In this document: positions 52,582 through 60,773 of the stretch, piece by piece
How positions within the stretch are numbered: position 1 is the stretch's first letter
Layout: every line of letters starts with the position of its first letter
Origin: Verrucomicrobiaceae bacterium
GTDB lineage: Bacteria; Verrucomicrobiota; Verrucomicrobiia; Verrucomicrobiales; Akkermansiaceae
Assembly: GCA_051252135.1 (NCBI GenBank)
Contig: JBPOGH010000013.1
Coordinates: forward strand, 1 to 64,000
Length of the DNA: 64,000 nt
Direction of reading: 5' to 3'
Translations under genes and position numbers: made by a program
Notes under the pieces: generated by a model
The model's input: only the letters and a program-made list of their open reading frames with translations
The model's database searches: none
What the model was told of the DNA's origin: nothing

Positions 52582-53151
52582 TCACTTCCAGGCCGATATC
52601 GACTTCACCTCCATCTCAAACTTCCCCGCATTCTTATCCGCCAAAATAATCCCCGCTCCCTCAATCTTCGCCGGGTCAAAAGCCGTCTTCAGCGTCATCC
52701 CGCGCCACCCCGCCTTCAGCTCCGCGAACGGAACCCGCACCGTCTTCCACTCCCCCTTCACCGTCGGCACTTCCGCCTGAAAGGACACCGGCGACCCCCG
52801 GAATCGCTCATCCGTTGTCAGCCGCAAATTATAGCTCCGCCCATCCCCCTTCACCTTCAGCTCAAGCCCCTTCCAGCCCTCCAGATTCCACTCCCCGATA
52901 TCCATCCGAAACGACGAAAACCCACCGTTGTTCTCCAGCGATAAGGTCCCCCAAAACTTCAACACCCCCTCATCCGTCTTCTCCATCTTCCCCTTCGACA
53001 ATCCGCCCATCACCCCGTCATCCGTGATCCCCATCGAAATCCCCGGCTGCTCCTTCCCAAAATCAACCAACTCCTTCGTCTCCCCCTGCACCGACACCGC
53101 CCCGGCCACCATCAATCCCATCACCTTCAACGAAGGCCCCATCGTCATCAT
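52582..53151 (-). CDS. CIA30/NDUFAF1 family protein
   Basis: DDGVMGGLS, GTLSLENNGGFSS.R, VKGDGRSY, W..VRVPF. Start uncertain. Confidence 0.9.
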   Translation of the reverse strand: MMTMGPSLKVMGLMVAGAVSVQGETKELVDFGKEQPGISMGITDDGVMGGLSKGKMEKTDEGVLKFWGTLSLENNGGFSSFRMDIGEWNLEGWKGLELKVKGDGRSYNLRLTTDERFRGSPVSFQAEVPTVKGEWKTVRVPFAELKAGWRGMTLKTAFDPAKIEGAGIILADKNAGKFEMEVKSISAWK

Positions 53152-53214
53152 TTTTCCAAACATCAATGACCGTAACCCCAATCCGCCCCACCGCATCCAC
53201 TTTCTAACCCGACC

Positions 53215-53907
53215 CTACGATCTCCGGCTCGCCCGCAAAATACAATGCCGCGACCTCTTCGATTTCTCATGCGGCTTCGATGCCAGCTCCTCCACCTCAA
53301 AACCCGCCTTGATAAGAAGCTTCTTAAATTTCGGCGCCGGCTCGGACAACCAATACGCCACACACCCCTGCGGCGTGATCACATTCCTCAGCTTCTGCAA
53401 AAACCCCGGCGTATACAGCCGCGAGTTCCCCTTCGTAATCAAATCATCCGGCGTGTTATCGATATCCAGCAACAAGGCATCATACGCCCCCGCACTCTTC
53501 CCCGACACAATATCGAAAAGATCCCCCTGGATAATCTTCGTCCGTGGATCGTCCAAAAGCGGCCCGTTGTATTCCACCAGAAACGTCTCATTCCACTCGA
53601 TCAGCGGCGGCATCAACTCCGCCACATCCACCGTCGCCGGACTCCCCACCAACTCCAGCGTCCGCTTCAGCGTAAACCCCAACCCCAGTCCCCCGATGAG
53701 AACCTTCGGATGCCCCGGCCGCGTCCCGCTCCCCTTCTCCAATCCCCTCAATCCCACATCCGCCAACATCTGTTCGGAAAAGGTGAGCGCCGTGCTCATC
53801 AGCTCAAAGCCATTGTACTTCAGGTAAATTTTCCCGTCATGCTGATGCAGCGAATAATGCGTCCCATCAGGCATCGTCGATTCCGCAAGCTTCACATAAG
53901 GCTTCAT
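53215..53907 (-). CDS. Spermidine synthase-like SAM-dependent methyltransferase-fold protein
   Basis: ELMST...SE..LA, VLIGGLGLGFTL, V.ELMP..IEWN, YDALLLDIDN.P. Confidence 0.87.
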   Translation of the reverse strand: MKPYVKLAESTMPDGTHYSLHQHDGKIYLKYNGFELMSTALTFSEQMLADVGLRGLEKGSGTRPGHPKVLIGGLGLGFTLKRTLELVGSPATVDVAELMPPLIEWNETFLVEYNGPLLDDPRTKIIQGDLFDIVSGKSAGAYDALLLDIDNTPDDLITKGNSRLYTPGFLQKLRNVITPQGCVAYWLSEPAPKFKKLLIKAGFEVEELASKPHEKSKRSRHCILRASRRS

Positions 53908-53983
53908 AAAAAAGACCATCGACACTTCCCCCAAATCAACAAGCACATATCAGACCCAACCCCAAATCCCCTCCTCCCTTCAT

Positions 53984-54423
53984 CAACCAACCCATTCAAA
54001 TCTCAAATTTCGTGCTCAAATCTCAAATTTCAAATCCCCGCCCCCAACCAAGCCCCCTCAACCCAAAGGAGTCGCTATCAACCAAGCCCCCCAACCAAGC
54101 TTCCACAACCAAGCCCACAACCAAGCCGTTCAAATCTCACCTTTCGTGCTCAAATCTCAAATTTCGAATCCCCTCCCCAACCAAGCGTTCAAATCTCAAA
54201 TTTCGTGTTCAAATCTCAAATCTCAAATCCCCGCCCACAACCAAGCCCACAACCAAGCCCACAACCAAGCCCCCCAACCACGTCCCCAACCAAGCCGTTC
54301 AAATCTCAAATTTCGTGCTCAAATCTCAAATTTCATCATCCTCCCCAACCAAGCGTTCAAATCTCAAATCCTCCCCGCCCACAACCAAGCGTTCAAATCT
54401 CATCCTTCGTGTTCAAATCTCAA
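53984..54423. repeat. Non-coding modular repeat array (CAACCAAGC and TCAAATCTCA modules)
   Basis: 12 exact CAACCAAGC and 12 TCAAATCTCA copies counted by eye. The latter occur mostly as 20-bp-period doublets. Confidence 0.93.
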
Positions 54424-54587
54424 CCCCCTCTTTCCCCTTCCCTCTCCCTTCTCCAACCCCTAGCTTCCCCCAAGAGATCAATTGATATCTGTTACAAATG
54501 CCTCCTTCTAAAAAATCCGCCAAAAAGAAGGCCGAATACATCATGGCCAATCCTCCCTTCAATTTGAAGGACTGGCGCGCCGCCGAC

Positions 54588-54659
54588 ACTGCCATGCGCG
54601 ATAGCGCAAATCTGGAAACCACGGCTAATCCGCAGGTCGTGAGCGAAGCGAAGGACAAC
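54588..54659. repeat. In-frame palindromic insertion 1 in hsdM (about 72 bp)
   Basis: Peptide TAMRDSANLETTANPQVVSEAKDN interrupts DWRA..L..D.RW; contains TGCGC-GATA-GCGCA and GC-GAA-GC hairpins. Confidence 0.65.
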
Positions 54660-54752
54660 CTCGTCCACGACGGACGCTGGAAAGGCTACGACACCCCGCC
54701 CATCGGCAATGCCAACTACGCCTGGATTCTCCACATGGTCTCCAAGCTCTCT

Positions 54753-54848
54753 GACTGGAGCGGAGCGACAGAACCGGAGCGAAGCGGAGATAGCCGGAGG
54801 CAAACAACCCGCCAGGGTTGCCCGAAGGGTGAGCGCGGCGGCGCTCAT
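54753..54848. repeat. In-frame palindromic insertion 2 in hsdM (96 bp)
   Basis: 32 codons between SKLS and QHG.AGFVL; six consecutive mini-hairpins. Confidence 0.75.
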
Positions 54849-54958
54849 CAACACGGCATGGCCGGCTTCGTTCTCGCCAACGGCTCCATGTCCACCAACA
54901 CCAAGGGCGAAGGCGAGGAAATCATCATAGCTTTTCCTGATCAAACCGAAGAAGCCGC

Positions 54959-55198
54959 ATGATCGTCCCCACCCCACATGCGACCGAAGAACCGGAGGCT
55001 CCGAGAGATCTGCGTGCAGAACTGTTTGAGAACCTCTCAACCCATTTTGGCGCAACCCTTGAAGCCAATGGATCACTTCCTATCGCTGCTCAGCAAGCAC
55101 TGGTAGAGCTTCTTGATCTTGATGCGCCTACCGCAGCCCAGATCATTGCAGCGGCATCGAAAGACGAACCTGACGAAGAGGAGGTTCCCAATGAGTGA
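54959..55198 (+). CDS. Small acidic helical hypothetical protein (79 aa)
   Basis: ATGA overlap with the hsdM remnant. Its end carries GAGGAGG and overlaps the ATPase start (ATGAGTGA). Confidence 0.7.
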   Translation: MIVPTPHATEEPEAPRDLRAELFENLSTHFGATLEANGSLPIAAQQALVELLDLDAPTAAQIIAAASKDEPDEEEVPNE

Positions 55199-57554
55199 AA
55201 GCGTCCGCCAGATCAAGTTCGAGCACTTCCGAGGGTTGCCGGCGAACGATTTCAAACTCCGAGGCAAGAGTCTCGTGATTCTTGGAACGAACGGCAAAGG
55301 AAAGAGCGCAGTTGTTGACGGGATCGAGTTCGTGTTCTCGGGCCAAGTGGCACGATTCACCGGAGCTGGGACAGGTAGCATATCGCACAACGATGCGGTG
55401 AAAAATGTCAAAACCGGTGGCGACCCGAAAGTAACCCTCGCGCTTAGTCCGTCGAACGGCGAAATCTCCCGCAGACTCTCCTCCGACGCTACCGAGGTCA
55501 CCGACAGGCAGCCGGTAAAGGACTTTTACGACCAACATCCGCGGGTTGATGGTTTCGTTCTCCGCCGATCCAAGATTCTGGATTTTGTTTGTGATCAAGA
55601 TGCTGACCGATATCAGAAATTCGTCCAGCTACTGGGGATCACAAAGGTTGATCACCTCCAGCGCGGTTTCGTGGAAGCCGAGCGGCAAGCGAAAACTGGC
55701 GCTGAAAGAGCAACGAGTTCCCATCAAACAAAGCTCGCCGTTTTCAACGATCCTGTAAGTGGATATACTCCGAGTAGCCTCGCTCAGGTCTTCACGCACA
55801 TCTCCGCAACCGTTGAATCCTTTAAACTGGATAAACTCGAAAAGTGGGAGGACCTCGAAGTCCGGCTTCCACTACTTAAAGCCAAGAGGCCGCAGGCGAA
55901 TCGCGAGAAGATCGATGCGATCACCCGCGCCCTCGTCAGCTTTGAGACACCACTGGCCTCTTCGCCGGAAGACGACGTGACGACGGCGAATGAACTGCGG
56001 GCGAAGATCGCTGAGCTAGCTGATTCGTCTGAGGATGCGCCAAGAAGCAGCACAATCGACGAGGGAAGAAGCTATCTTGCGAGTCATCCCGACGAGACAC
56101 ACTGCCCACTTTGCGAAACGCAGTTCAACCAACCACTTGAGACTGTTCTCGCTCGATTGAAGGAGCGGAGCGATGCGTTGCTCGAACTGCGCAATGCGAC
56201 CTCAGATCGTCAGGCAGCCGTGGGACGCGTCAAGCAATATACCGATGACGTTGCGTCCCAGCTCAAGAAGGACCTCCAGCACTCGGAGTTATTCGACGAT
56301 GCAGCAAAAACCGGATTGAGAAACGCTCGAGCAGCGGCACTTCTACTATCTCGCCTCCTCATCCGCGTAATGAAGAATACCTTCATGGGAGACGTGGCGT
56401 TGCCGGACGTATTGCTTTCGATCCCCGAAACTCGAACTGCGCTCGCCGCTTCATTAAAATCGCAGAAGGCTGCACTGGTTCCGCCAGACTCCACAATACT
56501 TGAGTCCGCAATCGCGTTGGTTGAGCGCGGAATCGCTTCTTGGAAAGACATCGAGAAGGCTGAGCAAGCCATTATCAGCTCAAGAGAAGTCCTTCGCCGA
56601 ACGAAAGTGGCGAAAGAGTCTTTTTCCTCGGCACGTGAGAGCGCGGTCCAACAGGTGTTCACGCATATTTCGGGAACTGTTCTGGATTACTACAAGCGCC
56701 TTCATGACTTTGGCGGTGGTGAAGAGTCGTCCGAATGCACTGCGCTTGAACTTAAGCCGACGTCCCGAGCCGCGGCAGGCGGCTTGCAACTAGCCATCCA
56801 GTTCTTGGGCCTTGCGGATTCTAAGGATCCCCGGGCATTCCTCAGCGAGGGGCATTTGGATTCGCTAGGCCTCTGTCTTTTCCTCGCAGCTGTTCGGATC
56901 TTTAACCCGCCGGGATCTTTGCTCGTTCTCGATGACGTGCTTACTAGCATCGACAAAGAGCATCGCCGACGAGTGGGGGAACTTCTGTATTCGGAGTTCC
57001 AAGACTTCCAGATCATTCTCACGACCCATGATGAACACTGGAACGAACTCTTGGTGTCATCGGCTCAGGCCCGTGGCGTCCAGGGGGATTGGCGCTATAT
57101 CAAACTCGAGGGTTGGACCGTTGAGACAGGGCCGGTTTCTTCGGTCGTCGAAGCATCTTGGGACTTTATTGACGAACACTTGACCGAAGAGCACTACCGG
57201 AATCTTGGCGGTCCATTTCGCAGGGTAATCGAAGACTTTCTCAAACGCACTGCTGCCAAGCAAGAGTTGAAGGTCAAATTTAAGCCCGATGGGAGTTACA
57301 CGGGTGGGGACTTCGTCAACGCTGGAATTCGGGACGTCATTCGGGGCGAGTTAATCAGATTGGATGGAGCCAACGAGGCAGACATTCTAACGGATGTTGC
57401 CAAGGTTTTTGGACAGGGCAATCTCATCAATGACCTGAGCCACGACAACCCGGGACGGCTTGAAATCACCTTCGATCAAGCAACCGACTTTGTGGTTGGG
57501 CTGAAGAGCCTCACCAAACGCTGTGAAGACCACAAATTGATAAAAGGACGTTAA
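55191..57554 (+). CDS. Rad50/SbcC/RloC-like zinc-hook ABC ATPase with C-terminal HEPN-like domain
   Basis: FRG, Walker A GTNGKGKS, coiled coil with CPLC hook, signature LSEGH, Walker B LVLDDVLTSID, H-loop LTTHD; tail RRVIEDFL...INDLSHDN. Confidence 0.85.
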   Translation: MSESVRQIKFEHFRGLPANDFKLRGKSLVILGTNGKGKSAVVDGIEFVFSGQVARFTGAGTGSISHNDAVKNVKTGGDPKVTLALSPSNGEISRRLSSDATEVTDRQPVKDFYDQHPRVDGFVLRRSKILDFVCDQDADRYQKFVQLLGITKVDHLQRGFVEAERQAKTGAERATSSHQTKLAVFNDPVSGYTPSSLAQVFTHISATVESFKLDKLEKWEDLEVRLPLLKAKRPQANREKIDAITRALVSFETPLASSPEDDVTTANELRAKIAELADSSEDAPRSSTIDEGRSYLASHPDETHCPLCETQFNQPLETVLARLKERSDALLELRNATSDRQAAVGRVKQYTDDVASQLKKDLQHSELFDDAAKTGLRNARAAALLLSRLLIRVMKNTFMGDVALPDVLLSIPETRTALAASLKSQKAALVPPDSTILESAIALVERGIASWKDIEKAEQAIISSREVLRRTKVAKESFSSARESAVQQVFTHISGTVLDYYKRLHDFGGGEESSECTALELKPTSRAAAGGLQLAIQFLGLADSKDPRAFLSEGHLDSLGLCLFLAAVRIFNPPGSLLVLDDVLTSIDKEHRRRVGELLYSEFQDFQIILTTHDEHWNELLVSSAQARGVQGDWRYIKLEGWTVETGPVSSVVEASWDFIDEHLTEEHYRNLGGPFRRVIEDFLKRTAAKQELKVKFKPDGSYTGGDFVNAGIRDVIRGELIRLDGANEADILTDVAKVFGQGNLINDLSHDNPGRLEITFDQATDFVVGLKSLTKRCEDHKLIKGR

Positions 57555-57557
57555 CCC

Positions 57558-57662
57558 ATGCCCAAATCCGGAGAACACAAAACCGTCCAAGCCCGGATCC
57601 TCGAATACACCGAGGCCATCGGTTGGACGATTGTGTCCCGCGAGGAAGCCGAGCAGCGGCGA
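57558..57662 (+). pseudogene. hsdR: Type I restriction subunit 5' fragment (copy 1)
   Basis: MPKSGEHKTVQARILEYTEAIGWTIVSREEAEQRR resembles a known HsdR N-terminus; similarity stops after about 35 codons. Confidence 0.75.
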
Positions 57663-57769
57663 TTGGTTTGGCCCGGCCCGCGCCACACGGTTCATTCGCT
57701 CGTCAACTGCAGATTACTTCATGGCACTATGAACGCGGCAGGCCGCAGCCAAGAATTGGAGGTGTGCAA

Positions 57770-60010
57770 ATGAGCGAGTCAGACAAAGAGATCGTGCCGC
57801 TCCCTCCCAATCTCAAACGGTTGTATACACCCAAACACGAGGTGACAAAGAGTTACGTAGTTGGGATGACGGCGATTGATGAGAATCGCATCGAGGACGG
57901 AATAGCACTGTTAGAGGCAGAATGTGATGATTCTCCGTGCCGCGGGCTTGCTCTTGGGAATGCAGGTCTTGCGCTCTTGCGCTTGGAAAAGTTTGGACGC
58001 GCCCGCAAGCGCTTACTCGAAGCCGATAATCATTTTGATAAGCACGGCTGTCCCCATCCGCCCTCGTGGGTTCAGTTCGCTCGAAACTACGTTGAGACGA
58101 TTGCATTGAGCCGCCCGCAGGAGGCACTTCAGGAGTTCAATCGCGCAATTGCCACGGCTCGCGAACTGGCGAAAAAGCATGAAAACTTCCGGCAGGACAT
58201 CGAACTGGAAATCGCGCATACATTCAATAGCTGGGGAGGAACATTGATCCGGCTCGAAAGCCCCGATGCCGCGCTCGATTGCTTTCAAAGCGGAAGAGAC
58301 ATTTATCAGCGATACGAATCCGAGAACAAAGCCGGGCTTGCCGAAACCCTTACAAATGTCAGCTTGGCTCTTCGCGGTGTTGGAAAAAAGTATGAAGCCG
58401 CCCTCGCATTGCAAGAGGCCTTAGGCGTAGCGAAGTTGGGCGGCGATCAAGATCAGGTTCGTCGAATTGAGATCGCAACAATACAGTTGGACCCCACGCT
58501 GATTGAGGGTGATCCGCTGAAGCTGCTGGATTATGCTGCAAAGGAAGCAATTGCTGACGGACGGCACTCGACGGGTTACGTGCGCCAGTGCATTCGGGCG
58601 ACCGTTGCAGAATCCCTTGGAAAGGCCTCCGGCGGCCTAGCTGCGTGTGAGGACGCGCGCGCAATTGAGGATCTGCTTGATTCGGGTGATTCCACTCCGG
58701 CAAACATGCGGCTCGTTCTCGCTCGTTTGCGGGGCGCAGCCGGGCGGCCAGCAAGTGAAGTCTTGGAAGCGCTTTTCGAAGGGGCGCGGCTGTGGTGGGA
58801 TGTTCTGCGGCAACCGCAATTGACAGCTGACGTGCTAGTGAAAACACAGTCGATGCACGATCATTTCCGGCTTCTCACACGGAAGCTTCTTAATGAAGGA
58901 AAAAATGATGAAGCGTGCATGGCATTTGAAGCTGGCCGTGCGCTTGGATTCGCAATCGAGGTCGATCAGTTCGCGCTTCCAGCTATTCTGGCTCTCGACC
59001 CATTTTCAAGATCGCAACCGTCTTTGGACTGTGCGGGCCTTCAATCAATTCAGGTAGCCCTATGCGAAACCGAGGTCGTCATCTCGATGGCCATTCTTCC
59101 GCCGGACTTTGTTGCATTTGTTGTTCGGAAGGAGTCAGTTACAGTGATTGCGCATCGACTACCCGACGACAATGACTGCCGTCTGCTCTTCGACTCAATT
59201 CGGAGGATCCCTCGGCGGCTTCACAAGAAGGAAGGAATTGGTGCAGTCCCTCTGGTAATTCAAGAGTTTGGCCAGAAAATTTTCAACGAGATTGGGGCAA
59301 GTAGTGTGGTGTCGATTCTTCCCAATTCGATTTTGCATGGAGTGCCTTGGCGTGCCCTTTTGCGATCGTTCGGGATGAATTGGAGCCAGCTTTCAGCGGT
59401 GACCGGATTCGGAATGCTTTTAGCAAGGCCGAAGCTTACTGTGGTTCAGGGAGATACTATTGCGTTGGGGCATGGCACCGCTGGTTCGATCAATTTGAAC
59501 CAAGAAGCTCGTAATTTCGCCAATGTGTTTGGAGATCATGGATCGGTGATGGAGAACGCCACCTCCTCTCACATACGAAGTACATTAAGTCGATGTGGTA
59601 TAGTTCTCATCTCCTGCCATGGCAGACAGAGAGAGGATCTGAATAGCGGTATCTTCCACCTCTACCTTTCGTTGGGTGACGGCGATAAGTCCGCTGACGA
59701 GGTCTGGCCGGATGTTGTCGTTTCTAATCTTGTTGTGTTGTCAGCTTGTGATTCGGGAGTCTACGAAGTTGCTTGGGGGGACTACCCTCTAGGCTCAGGT
59801 CCCGATCTGCTCCGGAAAGGCGCAAAACTCTGCTTGGCGACTCGCTTTCCAGTTGATGCGCAGTTCGCGGCGACTCTGATGCAGGAATTCGCCATACACT
59901 TGGCGTCAGGTGATTCAGTTAATTCTTCGCTGAGCAAGGCATTGGATACAGTTGAAAATGGTGGCGCTGATTTCTGGAATGATATCGCCTGCTTCGAATT
60001 AATTGGCTGA
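57770..60010 (+). CDS. TPR-CHAT (caspase-like, clan CD) protease
   Basis: GGAGG ribosome-binding site; TPR helices (AHTFNSWG..., AETLTNVS...); CHAT motifs LHGVPWRAL, ISCHG (His) and VVLSACDSG (Cys). Confidence 0.9.
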   Translation: MSESDKEIVPLPPNLKRLYTPKHEVTKSYVVGMTAIDENRIEDGIALLEAECDDSPCRGLALGNAGLALLRLEKFGRARKRLLEADNHFDKHGCPHPPSWVQFARNYVETIALSRPQEALQEFNRAIATARELAKKHENFRQDIELEIAHTFNSWGGTLIRLESPDAALDCFQSGRDIYQRYESENKAGLAETLTNVSLALRGVGKKYEAALALQEALGVAKLGGDQDQVRRIEIATIQLDPTLIEGDPLKLLDYAAKEAIADGRHSTGYVRQCIRATVAESLGKASGGLAACEDARAIEDLLDSGDSTPANMRLVLARLRGAAGRPASEVLEALFEGARLWWDVLRQPQLTADVLVKTQSMHDHFRLLTRKLLNEGKNDEACMAFEAGRALGFAIEVDQFALPAILALDPFSRSQPSLDCAGLQSIQVALCETEVVISMAILPPDFVAFVVRKESVTVIAHRLPDDNDCRLLFDSIRRIPRRLHKKEGIGAVPLVIQEFGQKIFNEIGASSVVSILPNSILHGVPWRALLRSFGMNWSQLSAVTGFGMLLARPKLTVVQGDTIALGHGTAGSINLNQEARNFANVFGDHGSVMENATSSHIRSTLSRCGIVLISCHGRQREDLNSGIFHLYLSLGDGDKSADEVWPDVVVSNLVVLSACDSGVYEVAWGDYPLGSGPDLLRKGAKLCLATRFPVDAQFAATLMQEFAIHLASGDSVNSSLSKALDTVENGGADFWNDIACFELIG

Positions 60011-60032
60011 CCCCCAGCCAAAGATCCCCCCC

Positions 60033-60124
60033 CCGGAGAACACATAACTGTCCAAGCCCGGATCCTCGAATACGCCGAGGCCTGCGGTTGGACGACTGTG
60101 TCCCACGAGAGAGCCGAGCAGTGG
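60033..60124 (+). pseudogene. hsdR: Type I restriction subunit 5' fragment (copy 2; direct repeat of 57568-57659)
   Basis: 82/92 nt identical to copy 1 by manual alignment; reads GEHITVQARILEYAEACGWTTVSHERAEQW with no start codon. Confidence 0.85.
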
Positions 60125-60169
60125 TGCTGGGGCACTAAACAGGTTCACTGCCACCACACCCTCGAGAAC

Positions 60170-60700
60170 CTCGGCAAGGACGACGAGAAGGCGCTCTACG
60201 ACTTGCTCGGCAACAAGGACGAGCGCAAGAAGTTCGATACCCAGTCTAAGAAGGCGGAATCCAATTTCAAAATCGCCATCGTGGTGGACATGTGGCTGAC
60301 GGGCTTTGATGTGCCATTCCTCGATACCATCTACATCGACAAGCCGGTCCAGCGGCACAATCTGATCCAGACGATCTCGCGGGTGAACCGGAAGTTTGAG
60401 AACAAGAAGAGGGGACTGGTCGTCGACTACATCGGCATCAAGAAGCAGATGAACCTGGCGCTGGCGCATTACTCGAAAGCGGACAGCAGCAACATCGAAG
60501 AGATCGAGGCCTCCATCATCGTGGTGAGAGATCACCTCGACCTGCGCGCCTTCTTCGCAAAACAATAAGCCGCCGACCACATCACCCCGCCGCAATTCGA
60601 GGCGGTCATCAACCGGCTTTCAGCCTACTCCTCCTCCGATCTCTACGAGAGCAGCAAGGCAATCATGAAGCTGGTCTCGGATGGCTTTCTGCTAAAACGG
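60170..60700 (+). pseudogene. hsdR: Scrambled hsdR fragments: helicase C-terminal part joined to an N-terminal part
   Basis: FKIAIVVDMWLTGFDVP..YIDKP..HNLIQTISRVNR..GLVVDYIG, then DLRAFFAKQ*AADHIT...SDLYESSKAIMKLVSDGFLLKR with an in-frame stop. Confidence 0.85.
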
Positions 60701-60722
60701 AAGTGCCCACCAAGTTTTTCCA

Positions 60723-60769
60723 TTGCCAAACGTTACACTTAATACACAATGTGTAACATTTTCCGGCAA
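60723..60769 (+). promoter_or_regulatory. abiE promoter/operator inverted repeat
   Basis: GTTACAC-N12-GTGTAAC nested within TTGCC...GGCAA, overlapping TTGCCA-N16-CACAAT, just before the ATG at 60774. Confidence 0.7.
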
Positions 60770-60773
60770 CCCC

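Larger units (their letters stand above)
54498..54962 (+). pseudogene. hsdM: Type I R-M methyltransferase remnant
   Basis: Lys-rich start fused directly to YIMANPPFN (motif IV), D.RW.GY..PP.GNANYAWILHM, AGFVLANGSMS. The SAM-binding motif I and most of the gene are absent. Confidence 0.88.

Noticed and set aside
53984..54423. CRISPR array interpretation of the repeat region
   Set aside because: The intervals are made of the same short modules with irregular lengths rather than unique constant-length spacers, and there are no cas genes in the window.
54012..54485. ORFs 54012-54485, 54146-54463 and 53245-54567 across the repeat
   Set aside because: Low-complexity translations that stay open only because the repeat lacks stop codons; no ribosome-binding site or domain features.
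57623..57769. Extended N-termini in the ORF track (57623, 55113, 61220, 60723, 10416, 4755, 50540, 36563)
   Set aside because: Downstream starts have ribosome-binding sites, translational coupling, signal peptides or family-typical N-termini, and the extensions overlap neighbouring genes or regulatory sequence.
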